Below, one piece after another: positions 1 through 13,050 of a stretch of 64,000 nt of DNA (its first letter is position 1; each line of letters begins with the position of its first letter). Under the pieces are notes generated by a model, which saw only the letters and a program-made list of their open reading frames with translations, was not told the DNA's origin and made no database searches. Source of the DNA: Eledone cirrhosa (lineage: Eukaryota); NCBI GenBank assembly GCA_964016885.1, contig OZ024751.1, positions 31,558,001 to 31,622,000 of the forward strand, in the 5' to 3' direction. The position numbers and the translations under genes were made by a program.

Positions 1-26
1 GTAGTTACATAGAAGAAAATACTCAC

Positions 27-125
27 TAAAGATTGTCTAAAGTTCATCTGATCAGGTCTAACCATCCAATCCATGTCTTGTTCCATCTCCGTTCGAATCC
101 GTATTGTTAATAATGGTAGACTCAT
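27..125 (-). CDS. MAP2K5: First coding exon of dual-specificity MAP kinase kinase 5 (MEK5), start of PB1 domain; gene continues off the left edge
   Basis: Minus strand ATG at 125 reads MSLPLLTIRIRTEMEQDMDWMVRPDQMNFRQSL (33 codons), then a phase-0 donor GTGAGT at 26-21. It resembles the human MEK5 N-terminus VLVIRIKIPNSGAVDWTVHSGPQLLFRDVL (recalled, not searched). Confidence 0.8.
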
Positions 126-645
126 TTCTCATGTAATTGTTTTCAGTTTCATCGATAGACAAAATTTATAAACACATATTTAGGAAGTGGCTCTCCTCGT
201 AAACGGTGAAGTAGCAAAGAACTTTCCGTGAAATAAATATTCCGCTTACATTATCTGAAAAAATTTGGGGTTTCATTCGTTTGGCAAGTAACTTAACCTG
301 AGACTGAATATTGAAACTGAAACAATTATTGCGGGAACAGTAATTTTAGCCATTGAATAAAAACATACAAAAACGGTTAACTTTACTTTATATTTATTAT
401 TTAGTTCCTGCTGTCAAAAATTTTCGTTACACTGTGGAGTTAAAAGATTTTGTGTGTTTTTAAATAACTAAAATAATTCTTCTCAATCAAGAAAAATTCT
501 TCCGAAGTTCCCTGATTAGCTGAGATTTCTAACAGTGCTCAAAAACTGTGATTACTCAGCGGAACTACAGTCAGGACATTAACTATGTAATTAGGTAAAA
601 AATGTTCTTATCTTGTTTACTTTTCCAATATATATATATATATAT

Positions 646-825
646 ACCAACACCAACTCTGCCCTCCCACCCCTACCAAGTTCCCATCTACCTCTCGCTC
701 TTCCCCCGAACTCCATAACTTCAGACTTGTCACCATCAACGTTGGCACCATGAAAGGTAGACATGGAGAGACTGTAGAGAAATGCTTGAACGAATGAAAG
801 TCGATGTGTGCTGTGTACAAGACAC
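646..825 (+). mobile_element. RTE LINE 5' fragment (start of AP endonuclease)
   Basis: Degenerate (T)INVGTMKGR..ETVE-like segment followed by VDVCCVQ; near-identical to 5998-6140. Confidence 0.7.
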
Positions 826-976
826 ATATATATAAGCGTATATCATTGTCATCATATGTGCATGTATTTCACTACGGTTCTTAAAGACAACCTTAACGGT
901 TGGAGGAAGCTCCAACCGTTAAGGTTGTCTTTTTTCAGGGTATGTCAATATTTATTTATAAAACTAATCTGTATTG

Positions 977-1042
977 TATTTTATCTGATGAAAGCGCACC
1001 ATAATTTGCCTTGGTGGCCCTTGAAATATGTATAATAAAATA
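977..1042 (+). ncRNA. Type I hammerhead ribozyme motif (Penelope-type)
   Basis: Stem I TATTTTAT(977-984)/ATAAAATA(1035-1042); CTGATGA at 985-991; imperfect stem II AAGCGCACCA/TGGTGGCCCTT; GAAA at 1023-1026; short stem III; AUA cleavage triplet ending at 1034. Confidence 0.6.
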
Positions 1043-1149
1043 AATATGGTTTTATAAATATAGTTTCCATTTATTAATATATTGTATATATATAACGACG
1101 ATGAATTAGTTTTGCGAGGTTTTTGATATGAAATCGTGTGTCGAAACAA

Positions 1150-2090
1150 ATATTGTTATACTTGGGGAGGGTCATATTTGTGTAATATTGCCAGAATTAA
1201 TAACAGAACACACTCACTGTTTGGTTGGTTTTCGCTTTTCGCTTCTGTGTCTTTTATATCGGTTAATTTAATTTATTCGGTCCTCAATGTTGCCATTGAC
1301 TGACCAACGGTCAAAAATACAGATACAATATAGACACAAACACATATATATAGTCTATCAAAGTTCTTTCATTGCACATCTGCAACATCGAAAACGGTTC
1401 AGTACTATACGAACATGCCAGACAACAACACGACGACAACATAGAAATTAGAATAATATCTAAACATAGAAATGACCCAGCAGATAGGCAAATCAGAGAG
1501 GCCAGTGAAATAGAACATAGAAGGCCAAGGCTAAACAGAAAAAATGAATGGAATAACAACAACACCCAAACAAACAACACTGACCAATAAATAAATAGAT
1601 AAATAAATAAATAAATAAATACATACACAAGCACAATAACAACAAACACATATAAACACACACTAGTAAAGATAGAATACATTAACCAATACACAGTCAC
1701 CCAAACACGAACACACATCAAACAAAACACTATACACTATAAACGCATGCGCAAAGAAGACAAAAAAATAAAAAGTAAAAATAAATAAATATATAAACAG
1801 ACTAATTAAAGATGGCGTAAACATACAATGCAACGGGAGGAAACAATAACACCACTGACGATGTTGCAGATGTGCAACGAAAGAACTTTGATAGACTATA
1901 TATATATGTTTGTGTCTATATTGTATCTGTATTTTTGACCGTTGGTCAGTCAATGGCAACATTGAACACCGAATAAATTAAATTAACCGACATAAAAGAC
2001 AGAAGCGAAAACCAACCAAACAGTGAGTGTGTTCTGTTATTAATTCTGGCAATATTACACAAATATGACCCTCCCCAAGTATAACAATAT
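1150..2090 (+). mobile_element. Penelope-like element remnant: GIY-YIG C-terminus flanked by ~240-bp inverted repeats
   Basis: 1150-1390 is the reverse complement of 1859-2090. The spacer encodes SVLYEHARQQH..IEIRIISKHRNDPADRQIREASEIEHRRPRLNRKNEW, matching the H..H..R..Ea..I..p.lN end of PLE GIY-YIG domains. Degenerate hammerhead core CTGACGA..GTTGCA/TGCAAC..GAAA at 1855-1882. Confidence 0.7.
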
Positions 2091-2103
2091 ATATATATAT
2101 ATA

Positions 2104-2820
<717 letters not shown>

Positions 2821-2936
2821 TTTTTCAGCTCTGTTTAACTACATTGAGCTATACCTTTTACTGTCATTTCTATAATACGAAGAGGGTGTTTAACTCCAAC
2901 ACGCTCCAGTATTTTAACCCTTATATATATATATAT

Positions 2937-4200
2937 ACAGAGTGGGGCATAAAAACTGTTACAAAATAAAATGCAAATAGTTCTTAAAAAAAACATTTAT
3001 TTCAAGATCTGACTTCAACAAATAGTAAGTAATATATATTAAACAACTGCACAAAAATTTATTTGAAATGCTTTCCTCTAGTTCTCACTACTGCTCGAAG
3101 ACTTCTAGGAAAGTCTTTGATGGCTGCATGAACAGTTTCCATGGGTATTTTCTCCCACACTTTATTTAGTTTTGATTTTAGAGTTTCAATATTTTGGCTA
3201 GGAGTAGAGCAGGCTTCACTCTCAAGAATTGACCATAAAGAAAAATCGAGAGGGTTGAGATCTGGTGATGTGGGAGGCCACTCTTCCTTACTGATCCATG
3301 CAGGACAATGGTCTCAACACCACTGTTGTGTTACGCGAGCAGTGTGGCTCGTCGCTCCATCTTGTTGGAGAGTCCAAATGTCATTGCCATAAACAGATGT
3401 GCACCATGGCATCAGTGTTCCTTCCAAAATATCCTTTATGTAAAGTTCTTTGTTAATTTTAACTCCTTGAGGCACAAAAATCAGAGGAGACTTCCCTCTT
3501 TCAGAAATGGCTGCCCAAACCATCACTGATGCTGGTTTTTGTGTTCTGAACACTTTTCCTACACTTGAAGGAATTGATTTGAGACTTTTTGCAAGTACTC
3601 GATCATTTTGATGATTGTGAGACTGCTGCACAGTGAATAAATTCTCATCTGTAAAGATGATGTTTAGCAGCGTGCCATCCTTGATACGGTTCTATAACAG
3701 TTTACTTCTGGAGAGCCTCTTTTCAATTGTTGTTGCAGAAAGAAGCTGCCTCTTTTGGAACTTATAGGATGACATCCACAGATCATCTCGACATATCCTC
3801 CGCATAGTTCTCGGCGATGTTTCTGCTTCCTTCTTCTACCATTTTTCTCATGGACCTTCTTGGATTATGCCTTATTTTTTCCCCTCACACTTTTAATGAG
3901 TTTTGGTGTTCTTGAGGTGCGAGGGCATCCGGATTGAGGTCTGTCTTTGGTCGAGGAAGTTTCCTTAAATCGATCGATTGTCCTTTTGATCAACATTCTA
4001 TTGATCTTAAGAATTTTCCCCAGTTTAAATATCTTGGGTGGAGTCAGGCCTTTTTCATGCTTCTCTATAATGAACTTTCTTTCCAATTCTATGGACATTG
4101 CAAATTGTTAATGGCGTAATGTTCTGAAAAATAGTTAATATGGTTATAGTGCATGGATTTGATACAAATATATTAGTTATATTAGCAACATAATGTATTT
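2937..4200 (-). mobile_element. Tc1/mariner DNA transposon, DD37D (maT-type), pseudogenised
   Basis: HTH-like ORF at 3865-4098; catalytic motifs IFTDE, VMVWAAIS, QQDGATSH and WPPTSPDLNPLD with 37 residues between the second and third D; TA-flanked terminus CAGAGTGGGGC at ~2938; stops and frameshifts present; the other end is lost at the RTE insertion. Confidence 0.85.
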
Positions 4201-4214
4201 TTAAATAATAAGTA

Positions 4215-5225
4215 AGGCAATCAAAGATATGAAGATGAGTAAGGCGGCTGGGCCTTCGGAAATAGTTGCTGAAATGCTGAAAGCTTCTGGAACGGTGGGA
4301 CACACTATGGTCACCCGGATAGTAAACCAAGTCATACAGAATGGGGTTGTTCCGAAGGACTGGCATAGCAGCATCATCATTAACTGCTACAAGAGTAAAG
4401 GAGATGCCCTAGATAGGGGTAACTATAGAGGCATTAAATTAATCGACCAGGTCATGAAGGTCACAGAAAAAGTAATAGCGCAACTAATCAGAGAGCGAAT
4501 TGATCTAGATGAAATGCAGTTCGGGTTTGTGTCAGGTAAAAGTACCACAGACGCTCTTTCCATTGTACGACAACTACAGGAGAAGTACCTAGCTAAAAGT
4601 AAATCCCTATACTTAGCTTTTGTCGACTTGAAGAAAGCCTTTGACAGAGTCCCCCGTTCCATTATCTGGTGGGCTCTTAGAAAACTAGGTGTTGATGAAT
4701 GGCTTGTGAGAGCTATACAAGCCATGTATAAAGAAACAGTCAGCAAGGTTAGAATTAACAACGAATATAGTGAAGAGTTTAGTGTAAAAGTTGGTGTTCA
4801 TCAGGGCTCCGTTCTTAGCCCCCTACTATTTATTATTGCCCTTCAGGCTATAACAGTGGAGTTCAAGACCGGCTGCCCATGGGAACTCCTATACGCAGAT
4901 GATCTAACGCTCATAGCTGAATCAATGGCTGAACTAGAGAAGAAATTCCAAACATGGAAGCATGGCCTAGAATCAAAAGGCCTTAAAATTAACCTGTCTA
5001 AGACGAAAGTTCTAGTTTGTAGGAAGGAAAATAGCGCACTGGTCCCATCTGGGAAATGGCCATGCTCAGTGTGTAGGAAAGGAGTAAGCAGAAACTTCAT
5101 TTTATGTCCCAAATGCAAAGTATGGGTGCATAAAAGATGTAGTGGGATCACAGGTAAGCTAACTAAGAATATAGATTTTATATGTGGCCGGTGCTCTGGT
5201 GCAATAAGTAGCAGCAAGTGCCCAC
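4215..5225 (+). mobile_element. RTE-clade LINE reverse transcriptase fragment
   Basis: ORF 4229-5272 has KAAGPSEI, NYRGIKL, QFGF, AFVDLKKAFDRVP, GVHQGSVLSPLLF and YADD, followed by a Cys/His (PHD-like) finger. Confidence 0.95.
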
Positions 5226-5229
5226 AGAA

Positions 5230-5753
5230 TACTGTTTCAGGGAGTGTTATGCACATAAATTCAACTTTTTGATCCCCTCGGGCCCGCACTAGTTGAAAAA
5301 CTGCTTTTTTTCAGGTATTTAGGGCTTTTTGAGTCGTTACGTCAGACTGATTTCCTTGAAATTGTAACTATGTATTAGTCAGTCTCTTCATACCGTGAGC
5401 AAAGAAAATCCAACTTTTTTATGGCCTAGGGCCCGCATTAGGTGAAAAACTTCATTTTTTCAACTTTTTAGGGCTTTTTTGAGGCGCTACGTCTAGCCGA
5501 TTTACCCGAAATTTCAAGGCATATTGTGCACATAAAAACAAATCATTTTCTTGATCCCCTAGGGCCCGCATTAGGTGAAAACCTGCATTTTTCCTGCTTC
5601 ATCGAGGAAAATCTTAAAGATTGTCCAGCCATCAGAGTATTCAATTTACTTTCTTTACATATTGTCCAGGCATGCAGTTTTTCCATGATTAGGTCTGTTG
5701 GCGGCCCGTGTTCAAAATACCTTATCCCGTGCAACGGCGGGTACCACTGATAG
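5230..5753 (+). mobile_element. Non-autonomous Helitron-like 3' fragment
   Basis: Internal repeats CCTAGGGCCCGCATTAGGTGAAAAAC shared with 47230-47260; terminal hairpin CCCGTGCAACGGCGGG followed by a degenerate CTAG (ATAG) then T. Confidence 0.55.
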
Positions 5754-5974
5754 TATATATATATATAGCAAGAATGACAGAAAAAAACTTTTCAAATCCA
5801 AACTACTGATCACAAGTTTTCCTCTTTGAAATAATTTCAAGTCTAGCACACTTTCCTATTCTTCACCACACCTCCATGCACTCTGGATGGCATATGGATT
5901 ACTAAGCTGGAGCATTACTAATCTACAAATATGAACCCACCAACCACCTGTTGGACAATCACGCAATTGCTCTT

Positions 5975-6480
5975 CTTTATTTCAGACATGGAAAACCCAA
6001 CACCAACTCTCCCACGCTATCAAGTTCCCATCTACCTCTTGCTCTCCCCTCAGACTCCATAACTTGGCACTATGAAAGGTAGATTTGGAGAGATTGTAGA
6101 GATTCTTGAATGAATGAAAGTCGATGTGTGCTGTGTACAAGAGACTAGATGGAGAGGTATGTCAGCTAGATTCCCTGTAGGCAAAAAAAAACATGCTACA
6201 AATTTTTGTGTGGGTGGGAAATGATGATGGGCTGGGTGGAGTAGGGATTTTGGTAGCAGAAAAGTGGGTAAACAAAGTTATTGATGTAAATAGGATAAAT
6301 GACTGACTTAGACTTGTACTAAACAGAACAACCAGGTACGGTACTAGAAACGAGGAAGTGACACCAAATACCTATTTATCTGGAACACGATCTTCAGAAA
6401 ACGAGACATATAGTTCAGGTGACCTCGCCTGCTAACTTAATTTCATTGTTACTAGAAAATGAAACAGAGTGGTTGTTACG
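5975..6480 (+). mobile_element. RTE LINE endonuclease fragment, degraded
   Basis: GTMKGRFGEIVE..VDVCCVQETRWRG..WVGNDDGLGGVGILVAEKW, with frameshifts. Confidence 0.75.
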
Positions 6481-6636
6481 AACAGTTTACAAATAGTCTC
6501 ATACAGTCTAACAACTCCCAGTCAGTTCTCCAGTTCTCTTCTCCAACACTACCATTCAACTAGAATTCACTAGAAATTTCTCATTTTAAAACCCTTTCAG
6601 AAGTTGCAATCTTTCTGCACGACAATCAAATAGTAA

Positions 6637-7820
6637 TTAATAATAATAATAATGAAATTATTGTGTAAAGTGCTCAGGTGCACCACAACTCGTCAATATA
6701 GTACATAGAATAATACACAAATGTCAGGGAAGTACATGTGTGTATGTGTTAGCTGTAGTGTTGGCGGATCTCGGGAAGCATGGAGGCTTTAAAGGATGCA
6801 GTGTCTCGACCGCTAACAACTGATGCAGGTAGTTTGTTCCATGCTTCAGCAACTCTGAGCGTGAAAAAATGTTTCTGAACGTCATGGGAACTGTGCTGTT
6901 TTCTTACTTTGTGGGCATGTCCACGTGTGTTAGACACATGGAAATCAAAAAGGTACTCAGGGTTGTTGTTGGCAACATGGTTAACAATTTTGTGGGTGTT
7001 TACCAAGTCAGTTGCCAGGCGTCGGAGCTTCAATGAATCCATGCCCAGGGAAGTAAGGCGCTCAGAGTATGGTAGATGCCTGATGGAGGGTATTCGCTTG
7101 GTTGCACGTCTCTGAACAGTTTCCAGGCGGTCAATGTCCTGAGCAAGATAGGGGTTCCAGACTGGTGATGCAAATTCTAAGTGTGGTCGCACCATAGCTG
7201 TATACAGCCTTAAATAGATATCTGGAGAGCGGCTGACAAAGGTCTTGCTGAGTGATGCTAAGACACCCTCGGCCTTCTTGACAATTTTAGAGACGTGCCT
7301 CGTCCAATGCAAATCGCTGCTGACCGTAATGCCCAGGTCACGTTCACAGGAAGACTTCTTGATATTAGTGCTGTGGAGGGAGTATGTGGACGCTGGGTTT
7401 TTACTCCCAAAATGCATGGTGGTGCACTTATCCACAGCTAGCTTGAGTTGCCAGTCTGAGATCCATTGTTGCATTGTGTCCAGGTCAGACTGCAAGCAAG
7501 ATCTATAGTGTTCAGGATCTGTCCTTTTTATCTCAAGGTACAGCTTGATGTCGTCTGCGTACTTTAGTACTGTGGCATTCCTTAAGCTGGCATCTATGTC
7601 ATTAATATATGCCACAAACAAAAGGGGGCCAAGAACAGATCCCTGTGGTACACCAGATGACATCTTATATGGTGAGGAATGCTGTCCCAGAACCGTGACT
7701 ACCTCTCTTCGACTGAGAATGAAGGACTTCAACCAGTTAAAAAGATCATCCTTCACACCCATTGCAGAGAGTTTTGCCATAAGCCTTTTGTGTGGCACAG
7801 AATTGAAGGCCTTCGCAAAG
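6637..7820 (-). mobile_element. CR1/L2-clade LINE, 5'-truncated, with (ATT)n tail
   Basis: ORF 6749-7798 has GVPQGSVLGPLLF, YADD, ERDLG, VRPHLE and LETVQRRATK; 3' UTR ends in (TAA)n at ~6637-6652. Confidence 0.93.
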
Positions 7821-8562
7821 TAGCAGTTTCGAGAATATCTGTTTGAATATATTAAGGTATTTATGCCCCAATTTTTTTTTAAACACTCTGTTTTATAAAT
7901 TCTATCTCTTTTATCATAATATTATTATCACTGTCTCTTTAACATAACTGTTAATCATAACTTTTCTTATGATTGTCTCTTTGTAATAATTATTTATCAT
8001 AATTCTTTTCATCATAAATTTTGCTAAATTTACAGGAAAAAATCCCTCAGCCATTTTCTGACAAATTGTTCTTTTCTGTAAGTTTTTTATGTATTTTCAC
8101 TCCAAGTCAATTGGAAATGACTTGCTCTTTAGCAAACGGAGTGGGGACCTTCAGAATTTTCTTTGGTGGGAATATTTTTCCAAGGTTCATTCATGTATTT
8201 CTTTCATGCATACCTCAAAATCATAATTCTTGATCATAATATTTATGATTTTCTCTTTATATTAACTCTTGATCATAACATTTATCATTCTGCCTTCATC
8301 ATATCTCTTGATCATAACATTTATTATCATACTGTCTTTATCATATCTCTTGATCATAACATTTATTATCATACTGTCTTTATCCTTCTCTCTTGTTCAT
8401 AACATTTATTATCATTAGTTTTTAAAGTGAGCTGTTATGAGCATACCCTGAAAGGAGATGCTAGGAATTAGTTCAAGGTAGAGGTGAAAAGATTGATCAA
8501 GGAGGGTGTCTTAATGCCCAGAATATTGCTGTTAATGGCAGGTTACTTCTACAATCAGACAC

Positions 8563-8828
8563 TCAATTGTTTTCTATCACCAACTCTGGCTTATACTCAT
8601 ACCACTTCTCAGAATGTGGTAAATTATTTAGTTTGTATAAAGGCCAATGAATCACCTTTGCTATTATATCATGTCTCCAGCCTTTATAGTGAGTCTGGGT
8701 TAGGTGTTTACACTCGGATACGATGTGAGCCACAGTTTCCTCTCTCTCTCCACAGATCCTACAGAGTGGGCTAGCCTCCTCCTTGTCAATATGATGTTTC
8801 ACCCAGTTTGTTCTGAGGGCTTGCTCCT
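8563..8828 (-). mobile_element. R4/Dong-like (restriction-endonuclease-type) LINE fragment
   Basis: Zinc knuckle CRICGEREETVAHIVSEC..Y..WRHD..AKVIHW; related pieces at 11880-12066, 13053-13200 and 45095-46440. Confidence 0.75.
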
Positions 8829-8845
8829 ATCATTATAATTATTTG

Positions 8846-9040
8846 TGGTGGATTGGCAGTATAGGTCGAGTGTCTGATGCCATGCGTTGCAGCAAAGAGT
8901 TACGGCCCTTTATAGTCTGAGTTCAAATCTCGCCGAGGTCAACTTTGCCTTTCATCCTTATGGGGTCGATAAAATAAAGCACCAGTACTACACTGGGATA
9001 ATTGCTGGCCTTGTGCCAAAAGTAAAAACAATTATTATTA
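8846..9040 (+). mobile_element. SINE family B
   Basis: GGTGGATTGGCAG head, GAGTTCAAATC B box, GTCAACTTTGCCTTTCATCC core and GGCCTTGTGCCAAAAG-(ATT)n tail; copies at 10722, 42765, 48905, 53660-54165 and 63530. Confidence 0.8.
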
Positions 9041-9082
9041 TTTGTTTCTTCTTTTACAATACCGTGCACAGAAATACTACGT

Positions 9083-9878
9083 ACTAGAACTTTAGTCTTA
9101 GACAAGTTAACTTTAAGGCCTTTTGATTCTAAGCCATGCTTCCATGTTTGGAATATCTTCTCTAGTTCAGCCATCGATTCAGCTATGAGCATTAGATCAT
9201 TTGCATAGAGAAGTTCCCATGGGCAGCCGGTCTTGAATTCCTCTGTTATAGCCTGAAGGGAAATAATAAATAGGAGGGGACTAAGGACAGAGCCCTGATG
9301 AACACCAACTTTTACGCTAAACTCTTCACTATATTCGTTGTTAATTCTAACCTTGCTGACTGTTTCTTTATACATGGCTTGTATAGCTCTCACAAGCCAT
9401 TCATCAACACCTAGTTTTCTAAGATCCCACCAGATAATGGAACGGGGAACTCTGTCAAAGGCTTTCTCCAAGTCGACAAAAGCTAAGTATAGGGGTTTAC
9501 TTTTAGCTAGGTACTTCTCCTGTAGTTGTCGTACAATGAAAAGAGCGTCTGTGGTACTTTTACCTGACACAAACCCGAACTGCATTTCATCTAGATCAAT
9601 TCGCTCTCTGATTAGTTGCGCTATTACTTTTTCTGTGACCTTCATGACCTGGTCGATTAATTTAATGCCTCTATAGTTACCCCTATCTAGGGCATCTCCT
9701 TTACCCTTGTAGCAGTTAATGATGATGCTGCTTCGCCAGTCCTTCGGAACGACCCCATTCTGTATGACTTGGTTTACTATCCGGGTGACCATAGTGTGTC
9801 CGACCGTTCCAGATGCTTTCAGCATTTCAGCAACTATCTCCAAAGGCTCAGCCGCCTTACTCGTCTTCATATCTTTGA
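9083..9878 (-). mobile_element. RTE LINE RT fragment, close relative of 4215-5225
   Basis: ORF 8923-9870 is nearly identical in protein to 4229-5272; YADD is mutated to YAND. Confidence 0.93.
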
Positions 9879-10721
9879 TATATATTTTGATATATATATA
9901 GATATAGATATATATGTTTCTTTATTAGCCACTGGGGCACAAAAGAAGGGGACAAATACAAAGGGGGAAGTTTACATACAATAAAAACGTGTAAAATATC
10001 ACAAATGCAATTTAAAAATTAATCGATTTTCCCCAATAGGGGGAGACATTACATATGGGTAACTCATACCCCCGAAAAAAAATGTGCAACCCTCATCTCC
10101 AGGAGTACGAAGAGTTTGTACTCTTTTAGAAGGATGGAAAACATTTTTTTCCAATCCAAACTACCACTCCCAATTTCCCCCTTTGAAATATTATCAAGTC
10201 TAACACATTTCATATTGTCCACCACAGTTTCCTGCATTCTGCATGATAGTTGTTGACTGAAGAAGAGAGGATGATAGTTGTAGACTGAGGGAGAGAGGGT
10301 GGTAGTTGTTGGCTGGGAATCTGAAATGAAGGGAGTATAAGAGATGACAATAAAGCTGCATGAGGGTAATATCACCAGATAAAGGATAATGGGAGGGAAG
10401 GAATATAAAAGCAGAGAGAGTTTTGTTTGTTTGTGTGGTAAGAGAGAGAGACTGTGAAGGAAAGGAGGAAGTAGGCTACAAATAGTGTCATACAGTCTAA
10501 CAACTCCCAATCAGTTCAGTTCTCTTCTCCAACACTACCATTCACTAGAAATTTCACATTTTAAAACCCTTTTAGAAGTTGCAATCTTTCTGCACGACAA
10601 TCAAATAGTAATTGTAGCAGTTCCGAGAATATCTGTTTGAATATATTAAGGTATTTATGCCCCAATTTGTTTTTAAACTCTGTTTTATAAATTCTATCTC
10701 TTTTATCATAACTATTATTAT

Positions 10722-10905
10722 CAGGTGAATTAGCAGTATCGGTAGAGGGTCAGACATGCTTTCCAGCAGAGTTACGTCCCTTTACGATCTGAGTTCAAAT
10801 CCCACCGAGGTTAACTTTGCCTTTCATCCTTACGGGGTCGATAAAATAAAGTACCAGTAATACACTGGGTAATTGCTGGCCTTGTGCCAAAACTAGAAAC
10901 AATTA
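10722..10905 (+). mobile_element. SINE family B
   Basis: Same core and tail as 8846-9040. Confidence 0.8.
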
Positions 10906-12067
10906 TCACTGTCTCTTTAACATAACTGTTAATCATAACTTTTCTTATGATTGTCTCTTTGTAATAATTATTTATCATAATTCTTTTCATCATAAATTTT
11001 GTTAAATTTACAGGAAAAATCCCTCAGCCATTTTCTGACAAATTGTTCTTTTCTGTAAGTGTTTCATGTATTTTCAACGAATCTGACCTCCAAGGAAACA
11101 GAGTGGGGACCTTCAGAATTTTCTTTGGTGGGAATATTTTTCCAAGGTTCTTTCATGTATTTGACGAATCTGACCTCAATGAAATAGGAGATATAAGATC
11201 TAGCCGAGGAGAGTTATTCTGTAAATTTACCACTTTTTATCATTCTCTCTTGAACGTAACATTTATTATCAGCCCCTCTTTATCATAATTCTTGATCATA
11301 ATATTTATCATTTTCTCTTGATCATAACATTTATTATAATTCTCTGTTTATCATAACTTAATCATAACATTTATTATCATTCTCTATTTATTATCATACT
11401 GTCTTTATCATATCTTTTGGTCATAACATTTATTATCATACTGCCTTTATCGTTCTCTCTTGATCATACAATTTATCATTAGTTTTTAAAGTGAGCTGCT
11501 ATGAGTATACTCTGAAATGAGATGCTAGGAATTAGTTCAAGGTAGAGGTGAAAAGATTGATCAAGAGGGGTGTCTTAATGCACAGAATGTTGCTGTTAAT
11601 AACAGAGGTACAGCCAATGAAATACAAGGTTTTGCTGGCAGTGAGTAAAGTAGTTTAGTATTAGATGTTGTAGTTTAACTGTAGGTCAGCCTGGATTGAG
11701 AGTTATGTAACTACAGGCATTCTCTTTTGATTCAACCCAAGCAGCCATAATCATATGACCCAAATTGTAGTTTTCTGTTGTCACTTCACATTATAGAGTT
11801 ATTTAGAGTATGTGTAATTAAATATATGTGAGAAAGTTTGCAAATCACTGTTTTTCGTTACTTTGTTTTTTTCTTTCTAAACTGCGCCATTGCTTTAATA
11901 CAAATTACTTGCCAGCTATCCAGTGTCAAGATAATTCATTTAACTCAATTGATCTCATGACAGTACCAAATTCTCTCTAATTCCCACTTTAAATCATGGT
12001 ATTGGTTAATTTTGTCCTTCTCCTTTTCTTGCACTCTTGTGTCAAAGGGACAGACTACATCTACAAT

Positions 12068-13050
12068 CAGGCATGGAGGTTTTAAAGGATGCAGTGTCTC
12101 CACAGCTAACAACTGATGCAGGTAGTTTGTTCCATGCTTCAGCAACTCTGAGCGTGAAAAAATGTTTCCGAAAGTCATGGGAGCTGTGCTGTTTTCTGAC
12201 TTTGTAGGCATGCCCACGTGTGTTAGACACATGGAAATCAAAAAGGTGCTCAGGGTTGTTGTTGGCAAGATGGTTAATAATTTTGTGGGTGTTTACCAAG
12301 TCAGTTGCCAGACGTCGGAGCTTTAATGTATCCATGCCCAGGGAAGCAAGGCATTCAGAGTATGGTAGATGCCTGATGGAGGGTATTCGCTTGGTTGTAC
12401 GTCTCTCAACAGTTTCCAGGAGGTCAATGTTCTGAGCAAGATAGGGGTTCCAGACTGGTGATGCAAATTCTAAGTGTGGTCGCACCAGAGCTATATACAG
12501 CTTTAGATAGATAGATGGAGAGCAGCTGACAAAGGTCTTGCTGAGTGATGCTAAGACACCCTTGGCCTACTTGACAATTTTAGAGATATGCTTTGTCCAA
12601 TGCAAATCGCAGCTGACAGTATTGCTCAGCTCACATTCACAAGAAGACTTCTTGATATTAGTGTTGTGGGAGTATGTGGACACTGGGTTTTTCCTCCCAA
12701 AATGCATGGTGGTACACTTGTCCACAGCCAGCTTGAGTTGCCAGCCCATGATCCATTGCTGCATTGTGTCCAGGTCTATAGTGTTCAGGATCTGTCCTTT
12801 TTATCTCAAGGTACAGTTTGATGTCATCTGCATATTTCAGTAGTGTGGCATTCTTTAAGTTGGCATCTATGTCATTAATATATGCCACAAACAAAAGGGG
12901 ACTAAGAACAGATCCTTGTAGTACACCAGATGACATCTCATATGGTGAGGAATGCTGTCCTAGAACTGTGATTACTTCTCTTCGACTGAGAATGAAGGAC
13001 TTCAACCAGTTAAAAAGATCATCCTTCACACCCATTGCAGAGAGTTTTGC
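12068..13050 (-). mobile_element. CR1/L2-clade LINE RT fragment, frameshifted
   Basis: ORFs 12658-13035, 12567-12764 and 12042-12485 are pieces homologous to 6749-7798. Confidence 0.92.

Larger units (their letters stand above)
6489..9075 (+). repeat. Local segmental duplication, copy 1
   Basis: 6489-6638, 7820-8538, 8680-8835 and 9030-9075 align in order with 10478-11600 and 13053-13250. Confidence 0.85.

Noticed and set aside
4229-5272. Active or domesticated reverse transcriptase gene
   Set aside because: Truncated at both ends by other elements, with many decayed sister copies in the window.
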